DNA from: Bradymonadia bacterium
GTDB lineage: Bacteria > Myxococcota_A > Bradymonadia > UBA7976 > UBA1532
Assembly (NCBI GenBank): GCA_046290225.1
Contig: JBKAGE010000039.1
Location: 96,001-160,000 of the forward strand
Direction: 5' to 3'
DNA: 64,000 nucleotides
The position numbers were made by a program, and so were the translations under genes. Under the pieces are notes generated by a model. The model saw only the letters and a program-made list of their open reading frames with translations, ran no database searches and was not told where the DNA came from. Position 1 is the stretch's first letter. Each line of letters opens with the position of its first letter. Positions 17,953 to 28,084 of the stretch are shown piece after piece.

Positions 17953-20001
17953 ATGATGACGAAGGCAGAAGGCCGCGAGGCTCGGTTGGCGCTCCTGAAC
18001 CAGCCCCCCTCAGTGGAGGTGTTCAGGGCCTTGTGCGCGCACTTTCCCGATGGAGACATCGCCGACGAAGAGCTTCAAGATCTGCTCGCGCGCCTCGCGC
18101 TGTGGCCCGAGGACATCGAGCGGCGCGTGCCGCCCTTCTGGTTTCCCAGGCCTGACTGGCCCGTTGCCTGTTTACTCTGCAACCACCTCGATCTATTCGC
18201 CCGAGGCACCACCACAGCCGACGCCCGAAAGCTCGCCGAGAGTCCACACCTCGCCCACCTGCGCTCGATCGAGCTGTCGAGAAACTACCTCGAGCTGAAG
18301 GTGTGTCGGGCACTTGCCGAGGCCCGCCATCTCACAGCCCTGAGGCGCCTGCGCCTTGAGCACGCCCATCTCAAGGTGCAGGGCTTGAAAGTGCTCTGTG
18401 AGAGCCCGCTCGCCCGTGCGCTTCAGGACATTGACGTCAGTCAGAACCAACTGGGGCCAAAGGGCGTCGAGGTGCTGGTGAGTGCGGAACATCTTCACGG
18501 TCTCCGCCACCTGAATCTCAGCAAGAACAAGCTCGGACCCAAGGGGGCAAAAATCCTCGCCGAATCCAGCCCATGGGATCATCTCGAATCCCTCGATCTG
18601 ATCGGCAATGGCATCGAGGGTCGAGGGGCTGCTGATGTGCTCTCGAGCCCGAGGTGTGCGTCATTGACCCGTCTGAAGCTGGCCTACAACGGCATCGAGG
18701 GCTCTGGGGCGGTGGAGGCGCTGAGTGGTGCGACGTTGCCGCTTAGGCATCTCGAACTCGACGGCAATACTCTGGGGGTGGAGGGCACCCGCAGTCTGGC
18801 GAGCAATCCGGTGTTTCGTGGGTTGGAGACGCTCACGCTTCTCGCGGATGACGAGGCCCTTGAGGCGCTCTGTGACGCGCCGCAATTCGAGCATCTGCGG
18901 ACCCTCACGCTCCGCACACCCAAGGATGACCCCCTCACAGCGTGGGGCGCTGGTGCTTTGGGCAAGTGCGCTGCCTTCTCTCATGTGGAGTCGCTCTCCA
19001 TTCGCTCCATCTGCACGCTTGGGGCGGAGGGGGTGCGGGCCCTGACCGCGAACACGGCCCTGATGTCCGGGTTGCGTGCGCTGACGCTCTGGCACTGTGG
19101 GGTCGAAGACGACGGAGCACAGTTGCTCGCGGGGTGTGAAGCGCTCGGTCAACTCGAGAAGCTCGATCTGTGGGCCAACAACATCGGCGTTTCAGGTGCT
19201 CGAGCGCTCTTGAGCAGCCCTCATTTGTCTCAACTGCGCGATCTCGACATCGGCGCCAACGAGATTAAAGACGCTGCCGAGCACATCTTCGAGGAGGTGC
19301 GCCTGGTGCATCTGGAGCGCCTCAACTTGCGCTACAACCGTATGCGGAGTCCGGCTCCAGCGCAGGCACTCGCTGCCTGCGAGGCGCTCTCGTCCCTGCG
19401 ACACCTCAACCTCGATGATTGCGAGATCAGCCCCGAAGGTGTGCGGGCCATCACGACGAGTTCGAACATGTCAGGCCTGCACATGCTTGAGTGCTCGGGC
19501 AACGAGCTCGACGAGGCCGGCGTAATCTCGGCCTTCGGGCCAGACTGCACATTGACTGAGCTGCGAGAGTTACGCCTCTTCAGCGCGGGCATTGGCCCAG
19601 AGGGGGCCCAGGTGCTCGCCGACGCGGGGTTCTCCAAGCTCGAGACGCTGGCGCTCTCGTGCAATCCCCTCAAGCCTGCAGGGGCCCGGGCCCTCGCCAA
19701 CAGCCCTCACATGCAAAACCTCACCACCTTGCTTTTGCATCAATGCGCCCTCGGCAACAACGGCGCCATCGCCCTCGCCGACAGCCCATACCTGCCTTCG
19801 CTCGAGATGCTCGATGTTCACGACAACGCACTGGGCGAGAAAGCGTGGCGGGCCTTCATCGGATCAGCTCAGCTGATGTGGCTTCGCGGGATCCACCTGG
19901 ACGGCGCCCACAACATGAACCGCAAAAACCGCGACAAGCTCGTACGCGACTGGCATCGATGGACGAAGCAGCGGGGGATACGCATCAACTTCTACATTTG
20001 A
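17953..20001 (+). CDS. Leucine-rich repeat protein (RI/GALA-like repeats)
   Basis: About 20 repeats of LxxLxLxxNxLGxxGAxxLAxSPxL; GGAGG RBS before ATG 17953. Confidence 0.85.
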   Translation: MMTKAEGREARLALLNQPPSVEVFRALCAHFPDGDIADEELQDLLARLALWPEDIERRVPPFWFPRPDWPVACLLCNHLDLFARGTTTADARKLAESPHLAHLRSIELSRNYLELKVCRALAEARHLTALRRLRLEHAHLKVQGLKVLCESPLARALQDIDVSQNQLGPKGVEVLVSAEHLHGLRHLNLSKNKLGPKGAKILAESSPWDHLESLDLIGNGIEGRGAADVLSSPRCASLTRLKLAYNGIEGSGAVEALSGATLPLRHLELDGNTLGVEGTRSLASNPVFRGLETLTLLADDEALEALCDAPQFEHLRTLTLRTPKDDPLTAWGAGALGKCAAFSHVESLSIRSICTLGAEGVRALTANTALMSGLRALTLWHCGVEDDGAQLLAGCEALGQLEKLDLWANNIGVSGARALLSSPHLSQLRDLDIGANEIKDAAEHIFEEVRLVHLERLNLRYNRMRSPAPAQALAACEALSSLRHLNLDDCEISPEGVRAITTSSNMSGLHMLECSGNELDEAGVISAFGPDCTLTELRELRLFSAGIGPEGAQVLADAGFSKLETLALSCNPLKPAGARALANSPHMQNLTTLLLHQCALGNNGAIALADSPYLPSLEMLDVHDNALGEKAWRAFIGSAQLMWLRGIHLDGAHNMNRKNRDKLVRDWHRWTKQRGIRINFYI

Positions 20002-20012
20002 CGCACACACCT

Positions 20013-20957
20013 TCAGGGCGTGAGGTTTTTGATGAAGCCCAACACTGCCTCTGCCCACACGTCAGGGGCTTGTAGCTGGCAGAAGTGGCCGACGCCGGGC
20101 ATCAGGGTCAGAGAGGCATCAGGACACACGTGCGCTTTGAGATGATGGGCCACTGCTACGGGCGCTACGGCGTCGGCCTCACCCCAGCAAATGTGTACTG
20201 GCCTGTCGAACTGACTCAGCGCCTTCAGCCAGCGTGTGTTCTGGAATCTGTTGCGATCATCCAGGTAGCGGATCGTCTTCCAGGTCAAGCGGTGACCCTT
20301 CTGAAGGGTGTTGAGCTGCCACATCCGGTCGATGTCGAGGGTCTCGAGCGGCGCGCCGTTCGCCTTGCGCACCTGATTGCGAAAGAGGGCCGGGCCGCTG
20401 AACCGGTTGAGGAAGGGGCCCAGCGTGTGGTTGCGCAGGAGCACTTGCATCACCACGAGGGCGGCCTCTTCCATGACCATGTTGCCGTTGGTCAGGGTCA
20501 GAGACTGCACACCTGCATCGAACCACGCTGGTAGGAGCCCCTGGACCGCTCGCGCCACGATCTCGGTGGCCACGCTGTCACCCATGTCATGGCTGATGAC
20601 ATGACCGCCGCGTATCTTCAGGTGTTGCCAGGCCCACATCAGAGCGTCAGCTTGCTCGAGTAGAGAGTAGGTGAGCCTCTCAGGCTTGTCGCTCAGGCCA
20701 AAGCCGGGGAAGTCCACGAGCACAATGCGCTCGAAATGCTTGCTCAGCCGGTCGACGATCTTGTGAAACGAGAAGCTCGACTCCGGGAAGCCATGGATGA
20801 TGAGGGCGGTCTGGTCAGCGGGCGCAGAAGCATTGCCGATGTCGCGGCAGAAGATCGAGCAGTCACCTTGTGGCCAGCTCAGGAAGGCGCCGGCCTCTCT
20901 CCAAGTACACACTGCTTCATCAAGTCTCACCTCCGCCTTCGGCATCTCGCTCTCCAC
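20013..20957 (-). CDS. Alpha/beta hydrolase (epoxide hydrolase/MEST-like)
   Basis: HGFP oxyanion motif, DFPGFGLSDKP, nucleophile elbow SHDMGDSV, GVGHF. Confidence 0.85.
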   Translation of the reverse strand: MESEMPKAEVRLDEAVCTWREAGAFLSWPQGDCSIFCRDIGNASAPADQTALIIHGFPESSFSFHKIVDRLSKHFERIVLVDFPGFGLSDKPERLTYSLLEQADALMWAWQHLKIRGGHVISHDMGDSVATEIVARAVQGLLPAWFDAGVQSLTLTNGNMVMEEAALVVMQVLLRNHTLGPFLNRFSGPALFRNQVRKANGAPLETLDIDRMWQLNTLQKGHRLTWKTIRYLDDRNRFQNTRWLKALSQFDRPVHICWGEADAVAPVAVAHHLKAHVCPDASLTLMPGVGHFCQLQAPDVWAEAVLGFIKNLTP

Positions 20958-21019
20958 ACATCAGATGTTCTGGGCGTTCTCGAGGCGCATGACTTGAGGA
21001 TTCAAGTTGCCACTGTGGC

Positions 21020-22057
21020 CTATACGCTCCACTCCAACCGGTAGTCGAGGCTGTGGCTGATCTCACTCGAATATTGGCGAATGGTCTTGCGGGCGAGCTT
21101 CAACGCCACCGAGCCGGGGAGTACGCTGTAGACGCGCCCGACGATGGACGGCTTCTCTCCGACTGCGGGCGCCGAGGCCTCTGGGAACGTCACGTCTACC
21201 CTGGCTTGGCGGAGTCCGGCGCGATCCAGGAACACCGAGAGCGCCTGGAACTGCAACAACAGCGGATCATTGCGACGGAGCGCCCAGTTCGCCGAGGGCA
21301 TGAAGTCGATGAAGTGCATCAGGTGATAGTTGAGTTGGATCCACAGATTCTCGGCGTCGAGGGTGATCGGCGCGTTGTCGATGACGCGGTGACAGTGCAG
21401 CGCCTTCAGCTGGTCAAGGCGATGGATGTTCGCCGTGAGCTCCGGCAACAGGGCCTGATCGTAGAAGAGGCGAATGAGCGAGGGAAAAGCCTCGATCTGG
21501 AGCGCCTCGAAGGCGGTCAGGCGCTCGCACAGCTTGGGCCACTTGTCGATCGTCATGGCGAAGGTGTTCGTTGCCGTGCCGAGGATCGAGTGCAACAACG
21601 CGACGTTGGGGGAGTGCTCGGGGTAGTGCCGCGCAGAATAGTCGTGGCAGAACACGAGGTGCTCGAGGAATGTGCCGTCTGCGTGCTCCATGGAGAAGTC
21701 ACACTCGGCCTCCATAAAGGCGATGAGATCAGGGTCGACAGTGGGGGTTGGGGTTGCAGACTCGGCGTCGAGGTAGGCTGCCTCGATCTCACCCACTGCG
21801 GCATCGCTCCAGAAGGTCTCTTTCGCCAGCTTGTCTTTCATCACCAGGCGGGGGAGTGTGCTCTTGAGGCCGCCGAAGATGGTCCGGCCCATGTCGAAGC
21901 CCTCCATGGGGACCACACGCACCCGGCCGGCATGATCCACAGCGCCGCCAGCGACGATGGCGGCTTTGCGTTGGAGGTTGAGCTGCGCGTCGAGCTGTGG
22001 CGCCTCTTGCGGTGCGGGGCTGGAACCAGGGGACACCTCGGCATGGGCGGTGGTCAT
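21020..22057 (-). CDS. Hypothetical protein with HD-like (DUF6817-like) motif
   Basis: EHADGTFLEHL....DY and ALLHSILGT motifs; GGAG RBS. Confidence 0.65.
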   Translation of the reverse strand: MTTAHAEVSPGSSPAPQEAPQLDAQLNLQRKAAIVAGGAVDHAGRVRVVPMEGFDMGRTIFGGLKSTLPRLVMKDKLAKETFWSDAAVGEIEAAYLDAESATPTPTVDPDLIAFMEAECDFSMEHADGTFLEHLVFCHDYSARHYPEHSPNVALLHSILGTATNTFAMTIDKWPKLCERLTAFEALQIEAFPSLIRLFYDQALLPELTANIHRLDQLKALHCHRVIDNAPITLDAENLWIQLNYHLMHFIDFMPSANWALRRNDPLLLQFQALSVFLDRAGLRQARVDVTFPEASAPAVGEKPSIVGRVYSVLPGSVALKLARKTIRQYSSEISHSLDYRLEWSV

Positions 22058-22090
22058 CGAGCTCTCCTGTCGTCTATGGCGTGCGTTCGA

Positions 22091-22159
22091 ATGACAAGTG
22101 TAATGTAACGAACCTCGGATGCAACTATAAAATAACGGGTGTCATGTTACGGGTGTGAT
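22091..22159. promoter_or_regulatory. Three 14-bp pseudo-palindromic boxes, putative TetR operators
   Basis: ATGACAAGTGTAAT (22091), ATAACGGGTGTCAT (22132), GTTACGGGTGTGAT (22146) between the divergent TetR gene and its target. Confidence 0.55.
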
Positions 22160-22188
22160 TTATCTGAAGTCCGTGGTAGCGTGCCGTC

Positions 22189-22764
22189 ATGCCTCCGAAG
22201 ACACGATATACCCGCGAGGTGGTGCTCGACGCCGCGCTGAAGGTGGTCCGCGACACAGGGATCCGGGGCATGAGCGCCCGAAGCATCGCCAAGGCGCTCG
22301 GGGCCTCCACTGCGCCCGTGCTGGCCGCTTTTGAGAATATGCAGGCCCTCACCGAGGCGGTGGTGGCCGCTCTCATCGACGAGCTGCTCGCCGCCGTCGA
22401 CGCCACCGAAGCCACCGATCCGATCCGCGGGGCGGTCTTTGCCATGGCCCGCTTCACGGCAAATCGTCGCAACGAGTATGAGGCGCTCTTTCTCCATCCA
22501 CACGCATCACCCCCGGACTGGGTGGCGGTCCGGGCCCGTTTCTCGGAGCCCCTCGCCGAGGCCGAGGGTTTTCACCACCTCACCCCACGGCAACGCAACG
22601 CCCTCGCCTGGCGGGCCAGCGTCGTGGCCCATGGCATCTGCATCGAGATTTGGTCCAAGCGCTGGACGCAGACGAGCGACGAGGCGCTCTGGCGGGTGGT
22701 GGATCAGCTGGTGGGGCCGATCATTGAAGGCATGCTCGCGCACAACGGTGAGGGGGTGCGTTGA
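22189..22764 (+). CDS. TetR/AcrR-family regulator
   Basis: MPPKTRYTREVVLDAAL...SARSIAKALGAST.P HTH. Confidence 0.85.
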   Translation: MPPKTRYTREVVLDAALKVVRDTGIRGMSARSIAKALGASTAPVLAAFENMQALTEAVVAALIDELLAAVDATEATDPIRGAVFAMARFTANRRNEYEALFLHPHASPPDWVAVRARFSEPLAEAEGFHHLTPRQRNALAWRASVVAHGICIEIWSKRWTQTSDEALWRVVDQLVGPIIEGMLAHNGEGVR

Positions 22765-22776
22765 CCTGCTGTGATG

Positions 22777-23652
22777 TCAGCGCATCACAGGGCCACCCTG
22801 GCAAATCCGAATGGCGTCATCCCATGCAGCCGAGCCGTTGTGCAGCCAGGTGAGCAAACAATCGCGGGTGAACAAGGAAGGCCCCTCGAGGCTGAGGGCA
22901 AGCCAGGGCAAGGGGAGGGCATAGCGGTGCCGAAGCCGATGGCCCCCTTGTGCGTCTGTCCAGAAGGCAAAGGCGCCATTCGAGAGCAGTGCATTGAGCT
23001 CGGAGAAGGCACGAAGCAAAGCCGGATCATCACTGAATTGTGGATCGCCCTCGGCGATTGTATCGACACAGAGACCGGCGATGGGGTCGTGAGAGAGTCG
23101 AAGGTGGGTGCCCACCATCGCCCCCTCGAACCGTTGCAGCGCCGTCATGTAACCCCCTTGAACATACGACAGCGGGATCCACTGCGAGAGCTGCTCGACC
23201 ACGTGCTCCAGACGTACGAGGCCCTCCATGGCAACAGAACCATCGAAGACTTGCTCGGCGAGCTCGCGGGTGGGTGGGATACCCTGTTGCGCCGCGAAGC
23301 GCATGTTCGCGAGGCTCGTGATCGCAGCCATCAGAGTCTGGGGCTCCGGTGTACTCGTGGGTGATCTCGGAAAGCTGAGGGTCAAGACGATGGCTTGTAG
23401 GTCTGGATCCCAGGCTGCCGAGATGCCCAGTGGTGAAGCCGCCGTAAATCGGTTGAGATCTCGCAACTGCGCCGTAGAGGGCCGCGCACTCGGGCTGACC
23501 TCTGCACGGATACGTAGAGACCATCCGAGTTCGACGACATGGAAGGTTACCGGCCCCAGAGAGCGCTGGGTGGCCAACTGGAAGTACGCATAGTTCTCCG
23601 AGGCCAGGTTGAAATTGAGATCGCAATGTCGAAGGAGAGTTTCGAGATCCAT
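22777..23652 (-). CDS. Hypothetical protein (possibly two YbjN/T3SS-chaperone-like domains)
   Basis: 291-aa ORF filling the gap between TetR and LysR genes; fold guess from sequence pattern only. Confidence 0.55.
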   Translation of the reverse strand: MDLETLLRHCDLNFNLASENYAYFQLATQRSLGPVTFHVVELGWSLRIRAEVSPSARPSTAQLRDLNRFTAASPLGISAAWDPDLQAIVLTLSFPRSPTSTPEPQTLMAAITSLANMRFAAQQGIPPTRELAEQVFDGSVAMEGLVRLEHVVEQLSQWIPLSYVQGGYMTALQRFEGAMVGTHLRLSHDPIAGLCVDTIAEGDPQFSDDPALLRAFSELNALLSNGAFAFWTDAQGGHRLRHRYALPLPWLALSLEGPSLFTRDCLLTWLHNGSAAWDDAIRICQGGPVMR

Positions 23653-23726
23653 CTCTGCCTACTGATGAGGGAATCAGGAGGGTGGGTGTAAAGGAGTTCG
23701 AGAAAGGGAGCAAGCGTGTGAAAGGT

Positions 23727-24635
23727 TCAGCGTTCAGAGGCAGGCACATGCTCATTTGACATCGATTCAGCGAGAAACCGCACACACTGCAACGTCAAGC
23801 CTTCTCGCCGTGGTTGGCCCGGCCAGATGGCGAACAGTGACAGTGGGGGCAGTTGCCAGTCAGGCAACACATGAACGAGCGTGCCTTGCTCGAAGCCGAG
23901 CCGGGCCAGGTGCTCGGGGATCACCGTCAGTCCCAGACCACGGACGGTAAAGTCGTACAGAGCAATGGCAGAGTCGACGTGTACGCTGTTTTGACCGAGT
24001 ACCGAGATCGTCTCACCTTCTGGCGAGGTGAACACGGTGCGATCATTACGCATCGTGAAGCGTATCCAGTGCCACGACTCCAGATCGCTCGGGTGCTCGG
24101 GCTGCGCCTTGCCTTGCACATAGGCCGGGCTCGCCACTAGGCAGCGGGCTGCGTAGCCGAGCTTGCGGGCGAGCAGCGCGCAGTCTTCGTGGGCCCCTGC
24201 CCGGAACGCCAGATCGTAGCCCTCTTTGATGATGTTCTTCGGATGATCGGAGAACGAGAAGTGCAGATCGACCTTCGGAAACGCCTGAGCGAAGCTTGCG
24301 AAGGCATCCATCATGCGGGTCTGGGTCAAGAAGGCCGGAGCGGTGATGCGCAGCTCTCCGGCAGGCTCGCTCGAGAGCGCGCTCAGGGCATCGAGACCGC
24401 TCTCCGCAGCATCGAGCATCAACCGGGCCTTCTCATAGAAGATGCGCCCTTCGTTGCTCAACGACAGCCGGCGTGTGGAGCGATACAGCAACGTGACGCC
24501 GAGCTCGCCCTCAAGATCGGACACGGCCTGGCTCACCCGTGACGGCGAGAGCCCCAGGTGCTGGGCCGCTGCGCGGAAGCTGCCGCGATCGATGACGTGG
24601 GCGAAGATCGCGATGCCGCGGAGTTTTTCGATCAT
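23727..24635 (-). CDS. LysR-family transcriptional regulator
   Basis: GSFRAAAQHLGLSPSRVSQAVSDLEGELGVTLLYRSTRRLSL HTH. Confidence 0.9.
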   Translation of the reverse strand: MIEKLRGIAIFAHVIDRGSFRAAAQHLGLSPSRVSQAVSDLEGELGVTLLYRSTRRLSLSNEGRIFYEKARLMLDAAESGLDALSALSSEPAGELRITAPAFLTQTRMMDAFASFAQAFPKVDLHFSFSDHPKNIIKEGYDLAFRAGAHEDCALLARKLGYAARCLVASPAYVQGKAQPEHPSDLESWHWIRFTMRNDRTVFTSPEGETISVLGQNSVHVDSAIALYDFTVRGLGLTVIPEHLARLGFEQGTLVHVLPDWQLPPLSLFAIWPGQPRREGLTLQCVRFLAESMSNEHVPASER

Positions 24636-24651
24636 TGTTCACCTGATCGCA

Positions 24652-24799
24652 CTCTGCAACCGGATTGAGTGTGAGTGCTTGTCTTGAGGGCAGATTTCGA
24701 GGTTGAAGATACTCGGTGATGCTTCGGCATCGCCTGCGCTCTTCGCCCCCGAACTCTGTCCTCAATCCTGCGCCCTCCCGACTCAATCCGATTGCAGAG
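24652..24799 (+). repeat. Long imperfect inverted repeat with central cUUCGg loop
   Basis: Outer arms 24652-24670 and 24781-24799 match at 18 of 19 bases; inner arms 24684-24722 and 24727-24765; loop TTCG 24723-24726. Confidence 0.8.
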
Positions 24800-24993
24800 C
24801 ACGATGAGCAGAAGAAAGACTTCCGAGATGGGCGACTTATCAAACCATGCATTGAATGTCAGTCTATATGCACACACGTAATCGCGGACCACAACAGGTG
24901 TCATGACATGTCGCGCTCAGATGCGCGGAGGTGCGTCCTGGTCCGTGTCACGGGCTGTCATACAGGCAGCCACCCATAGAAAGATGTATACCC

Positions 24994-25563
24994 ATGAAGC
25001 GTTTCAACGCCCTTGTTCCTGCTCTCCTCGCACTCTCCCTCGCTGCCTGTGGTGACGATGATGCCACCGAGAGCGGTGACACTGCCCTCGTCAAAGAGGG
25101 GATTCAGGTCACGATGCGCAACACGCTGCAAGATCCCGGACAGCCCGAGCTGACCTATGCAGAGCTCTTCGGCGAGTCTGTAGAGGCCTTCGACGAGGTC
25201 AGCACGGTATCCTACTCGGCTTCGGAGTTCGCCACCGCCCTCGAGCAGAGCGGTGTGAGCTTCATGGGCAACATGGTCGACGTGAGCGGTCTCTACGACA
25301 TCGACATCGACGGGAACAGCATCTCGTTCACTCTGCTGCCTTCAGAGGATGACCCCTTTTGGAAGAACGTCTTCGAGCTGCACCCCGAAGGGAAGTTCGA
25401 CCGCTACTACCTGACCTTCGCGGAGCCCCACGGCATCAGCGGGTTCTCCAGCGACGAAGAGGCGGTGAACCTGCGCATCGACTCCGACACTGTGGTGGTG
25501 GTGGAGATCGGCGCAGGCTACAACATGGCGCCAGGCGCCGCGTTCAACATCGACCTCAAGTGA
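24994..25563 (+). CDS. Hypothetical acidic lipoprotein
   Basis: MKRFNALVPALLALSLAAC lipobox followed by GDDD. Confidence 0.75.
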   Translation: MKRFNALVPALLALSLAACGDDDATESGDTALVKEGIQVTMRNTLQDPGQPELTYAELFGESVEAFDEVSTVSYSASEFATALEQSGVSFMGNMVDVSGLYDIDIDGNSISFTLLPSEDDPFWKNVFELHPEGKFDRYYLTFAEPHGISGFSSDEEAVNLRIDSDTVVVVEIGAGYNMAPGAAFNIDLK

Positions 25564-25587
25564 GCGGGCTGCGCATGGGTTGACGCG

Positions 25588-26538
25588 TCAGGCGATCTCG
25601 ATGGAATGCCAGGCGAGCAGAGTGCCGTCCGTGTTGCGTTGGGTAGACAGGATGAACTGTTCAAAGTCTGTAGAGGGGAAGAACATGTCCCGACCGCTGG
25701 CCAGTGGGGTGTCCTGCTCACCATGGTCGGTATAGAGCATGTGATGCGTCGTGATCTCGGTGACGAAGGCATCGGTGAAGCAGAGCTGAGAGACGATGCG
25801 CCGCTCTCCAGACGGATCGCTCACGGCGACATGAATGTGCAGTGTTCGGCCGGCATACCAACCCGGAAAGCAGGATCTGAAGTTGACCCGTCCAGAGGCA
25901 TCAGAGATCAGCTGTCCCCGATAGTACGTGGATGACTCAGCGTCCTCGTCACCACCCGTGCAGAAATTGGTTCCGAAGTTGCCACCGAAACGCTCCGCAT
26001 CAGCGCTCTCGGATGTATCACCAGAGTACAGACCCCGTGTGTCACAATGCCATATCTCGACCAGATGGTCGGCGAGGGGCTGACAGTCCGCATCGACCAG
26101 CCTCAAGCAGAGCTGCATGGGGAGTCCGGTTCGACCAGCAGAGATGTCGTCACCTGCATCGTCTGCGTAGTAGCATGGCCCTTCTGTAAGCGCTGCGGAC
26201 AATGCCAGAGTGCAGGCAACACCATCATCGAAGATGTCGTCTGGCGGGTAGTCAACAGTGATGAGATTTGTGCCGCCGACCGCCCATTCCATTGAGGGGG
26301 CAGCGGCGTCAGCGCTGCCCCCTGCATCTACAGCGGTGCCCGCATCGACGCTGTCTCCCATGTCGGATTGTGTTGTGGTGGATTCTGTGTCCGACTGGCA
26401 CGCAGAGAGGGTGGCGCCGATGCCAGCGGCTCCGGCAATGCGCAACAGATCACGGCGCGTGATGGGCTGTCTCATGCCTGTCGTGTGTAGGGTGTTGGAG
26501 GCCGGTACGAGGTCTGGGCGCTTGACTGTATGTGTCAT
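25588..26538 (-). CDS. Intradiol ring-cleavage dioxygenase-like Tat lipoprotein
   Basis: ITRRDLL Tat motif and LSAC; TEGPCY, VEIWHCD..GLYS, FPGWYAGRTLHIH. Confidence 0.85.
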   Translation of the reverse strand: MTHTVKRPDLVPASNTLHTTGMRQPITRRDLLRIAGAAGIGATLSACQSDTESTTTQSDMGDSVDAGTAVDAGGSADAAAPSMEWAVGGTNLITVDYPPDDIFDDGVACTLALSAALTEGPCYYADDAGDDISAGRTGLPMQLCLRLVDADCQPLADHLVEIWHCDTRGLYSGDTSESADAERFGGNFGTNFCTGGDEDAESSTYYRGQLISDASGRVNFRSCFPGWYAGRTLHIHVAVSDPSGERRIVSQLCFTDAFVTEITTHHMLYTDHGEQDTPLASGRDMFFPSTDFEQFILSTQRNTDGTLLAWHSIEIA

Positions 26539-26639
26539 GGTGATTGACCTGTGATGTTGGATGGAGAGAGGGCAAGGTGGATTCTGTCCAGCGGCGTTGT
26601 CATCTGTCAGCAGGGCGCCAAGTGCCCACCCTCTAAACT

Positions 26640-27983
26640 TCAATTCGGGAACGGATCGCTCCACCGCTCGTCAGTGGCGATGCTTTCGTCGGTCAGGGTG
26701 TGCAAGAACGCGACGAGCGCAGCCTGATCCTCTGCGCTGAGGTTGAGGCGGACCGCTGTGGGCATGTTGTCGGCCCCCAGAGGGCGAGTGGTGTCGAAGC
26801 TGAGCAGGCCAGGGCCGAGGTTGGGGTGGAACTCGACACCTTCGTTGTAGTGGGCAACCACCTCTTCGAGTGTCTCGAAGCGGCCGTCGTGCATGTACGG
26901 TGCCGTCAGCGCCACATTGCGCAGACTCGACACCTTGAACGCGCCCATCTCATCTTCGTTGCCTGTGACACCGCCAACCCCATCATCGTCGGGATCAGTG
27001 AAGCCGTTGTTGATGGGGTCGAGCTGATGAAAAATGCCGAGATTGTCCAGGGGGGGGGCATTCGGCGGGAGGGCGCCAGGTGTGCCCTCGGGCCCGACGA
27101 ACATCGTCGGGTTGGCGAACATGTGGCAGTTGCCACAGAGCCCCGGCAGGTGAGGGGCCTCCGGGTTGGTGGGCTCGTGCAGACCGAAGAAGATGGCACG
27201 TCCGCGATTCTCCGCGGCGGTGAACCCTGGGAAGTCGACGGTGAGATCTCGGGTGACGGCGACCTCGGCGTCGAAGCGCGAGCCGTAGGAGACGATGCTC
27301 CGGAGGAACTGGGCCAGTGCGCGCGAGATGCGGTCACTGGTGATCGTACCGTCGCCGAATGCGGCTTCGAAGAGCGGTGGGTAGTAGTCCGTCGCTGAGA
27401 GGCGCTCGACGAGGGCGTCGAGTGTCATACCCATCTCTACCTCGTCCTGGATCGGCATGAGGACCTGCTCTTCGAGCGTCGCGGCCCGCTGGTCCCAGAA
27501 CATCGGCCCCCGTGGGAAGTGGCGCAGGTTGATCAATGGCATCGACTGCCGGCCAGTCTCGCCGCCATCGAAACCGACCGACTTCACACGATGGTCCGAG
27601 AAGCCCTTGGTCTGGTCGTGACACGAAGCACAAGCCACCTCGCCATTGAGTGACATACGGCGATCATAGAAGAGCACTCGCCCGAGCGTGGCCCCTGCAT
27701 CCGTGATGGGGTTGTCCGGCGGGGTGTTGTTCGTGAGTTGCACGACTTGCACCTGCAAGTACTCTGGTATGGGGGTGTCATAAGAGAGCAGGGTGTCAGG
27801 GAGGCTGGGAGACGGAAGCGCCGCGATCGCGTTCGCATGAGGGTCGACGTTCGCCTCCTCAGGGCCAGTATCTGGCTGCTCTTCCTGGGCAGAGCCCCCA
27901 TCAGCTGGGTTGCCGTCAGCGTCACTCACCGTGTCCGATGAGCATGCGGTCAAGAGTACGAGGAGTGGGACGAGTGGTTTCAT
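26640..27983 (-). CDS. Di-heme cytochrome c peroxidase/MauG-family lipoprotein
   Basis: CASCH and CGNCH, ATLGRVLFYDRRMS, FKVSSLRNVALTAPYMHDGRF; lipobox LTAC. Confidence 0.9.
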   Translation of the reverse strand: MKPLVPLLVLLTACSSDTVSDADGNPADGGSAQEEQPDTGPEEANVDPHANAIAALPSPSLPDTLLSYDTPIPEYLQVQVVQLTNNTPPDNPITDAGATLGRVLFYDRRMSLNGEVACASCHDQTKGFSDHRVKSVGFDGGETGRQSMPLINLRHFPRGPMFWDQRAATLEEQVLMPIQDEVEMGMTLDALVERLSATDYYPPLFEAAFGDGTITSDRISRALAQFLRSIVSYGSRFDAEVAVTRDLTVDFPGFTAAENRGRAIFFGLHEPTNPEAPHLPGLCGNCHMFANPTMFVGPEGTPGALPPNAPPLDNLGIFHQLDPINNGFTDPDDDGVGGVTGNEDEMGAFKVSSLRNVALTAPYMHDGRFETLEEVVAHYNEGVEFHPNLGPGLLSFDTTRPLGADNMPTAVRLNLSAEDQAALVAFLHTLTDESIATDERWSDPFPN

Positions 27984-28084
27984 GAGCGCCTCCAGGGTGA
28001 TGAGTAGACCTGGTCAGCACTGTCTCCTGCAGATGTTGACGAAGTGCACGGGTGACTGAAATCGTGCATCCGCACACTTTCTCA

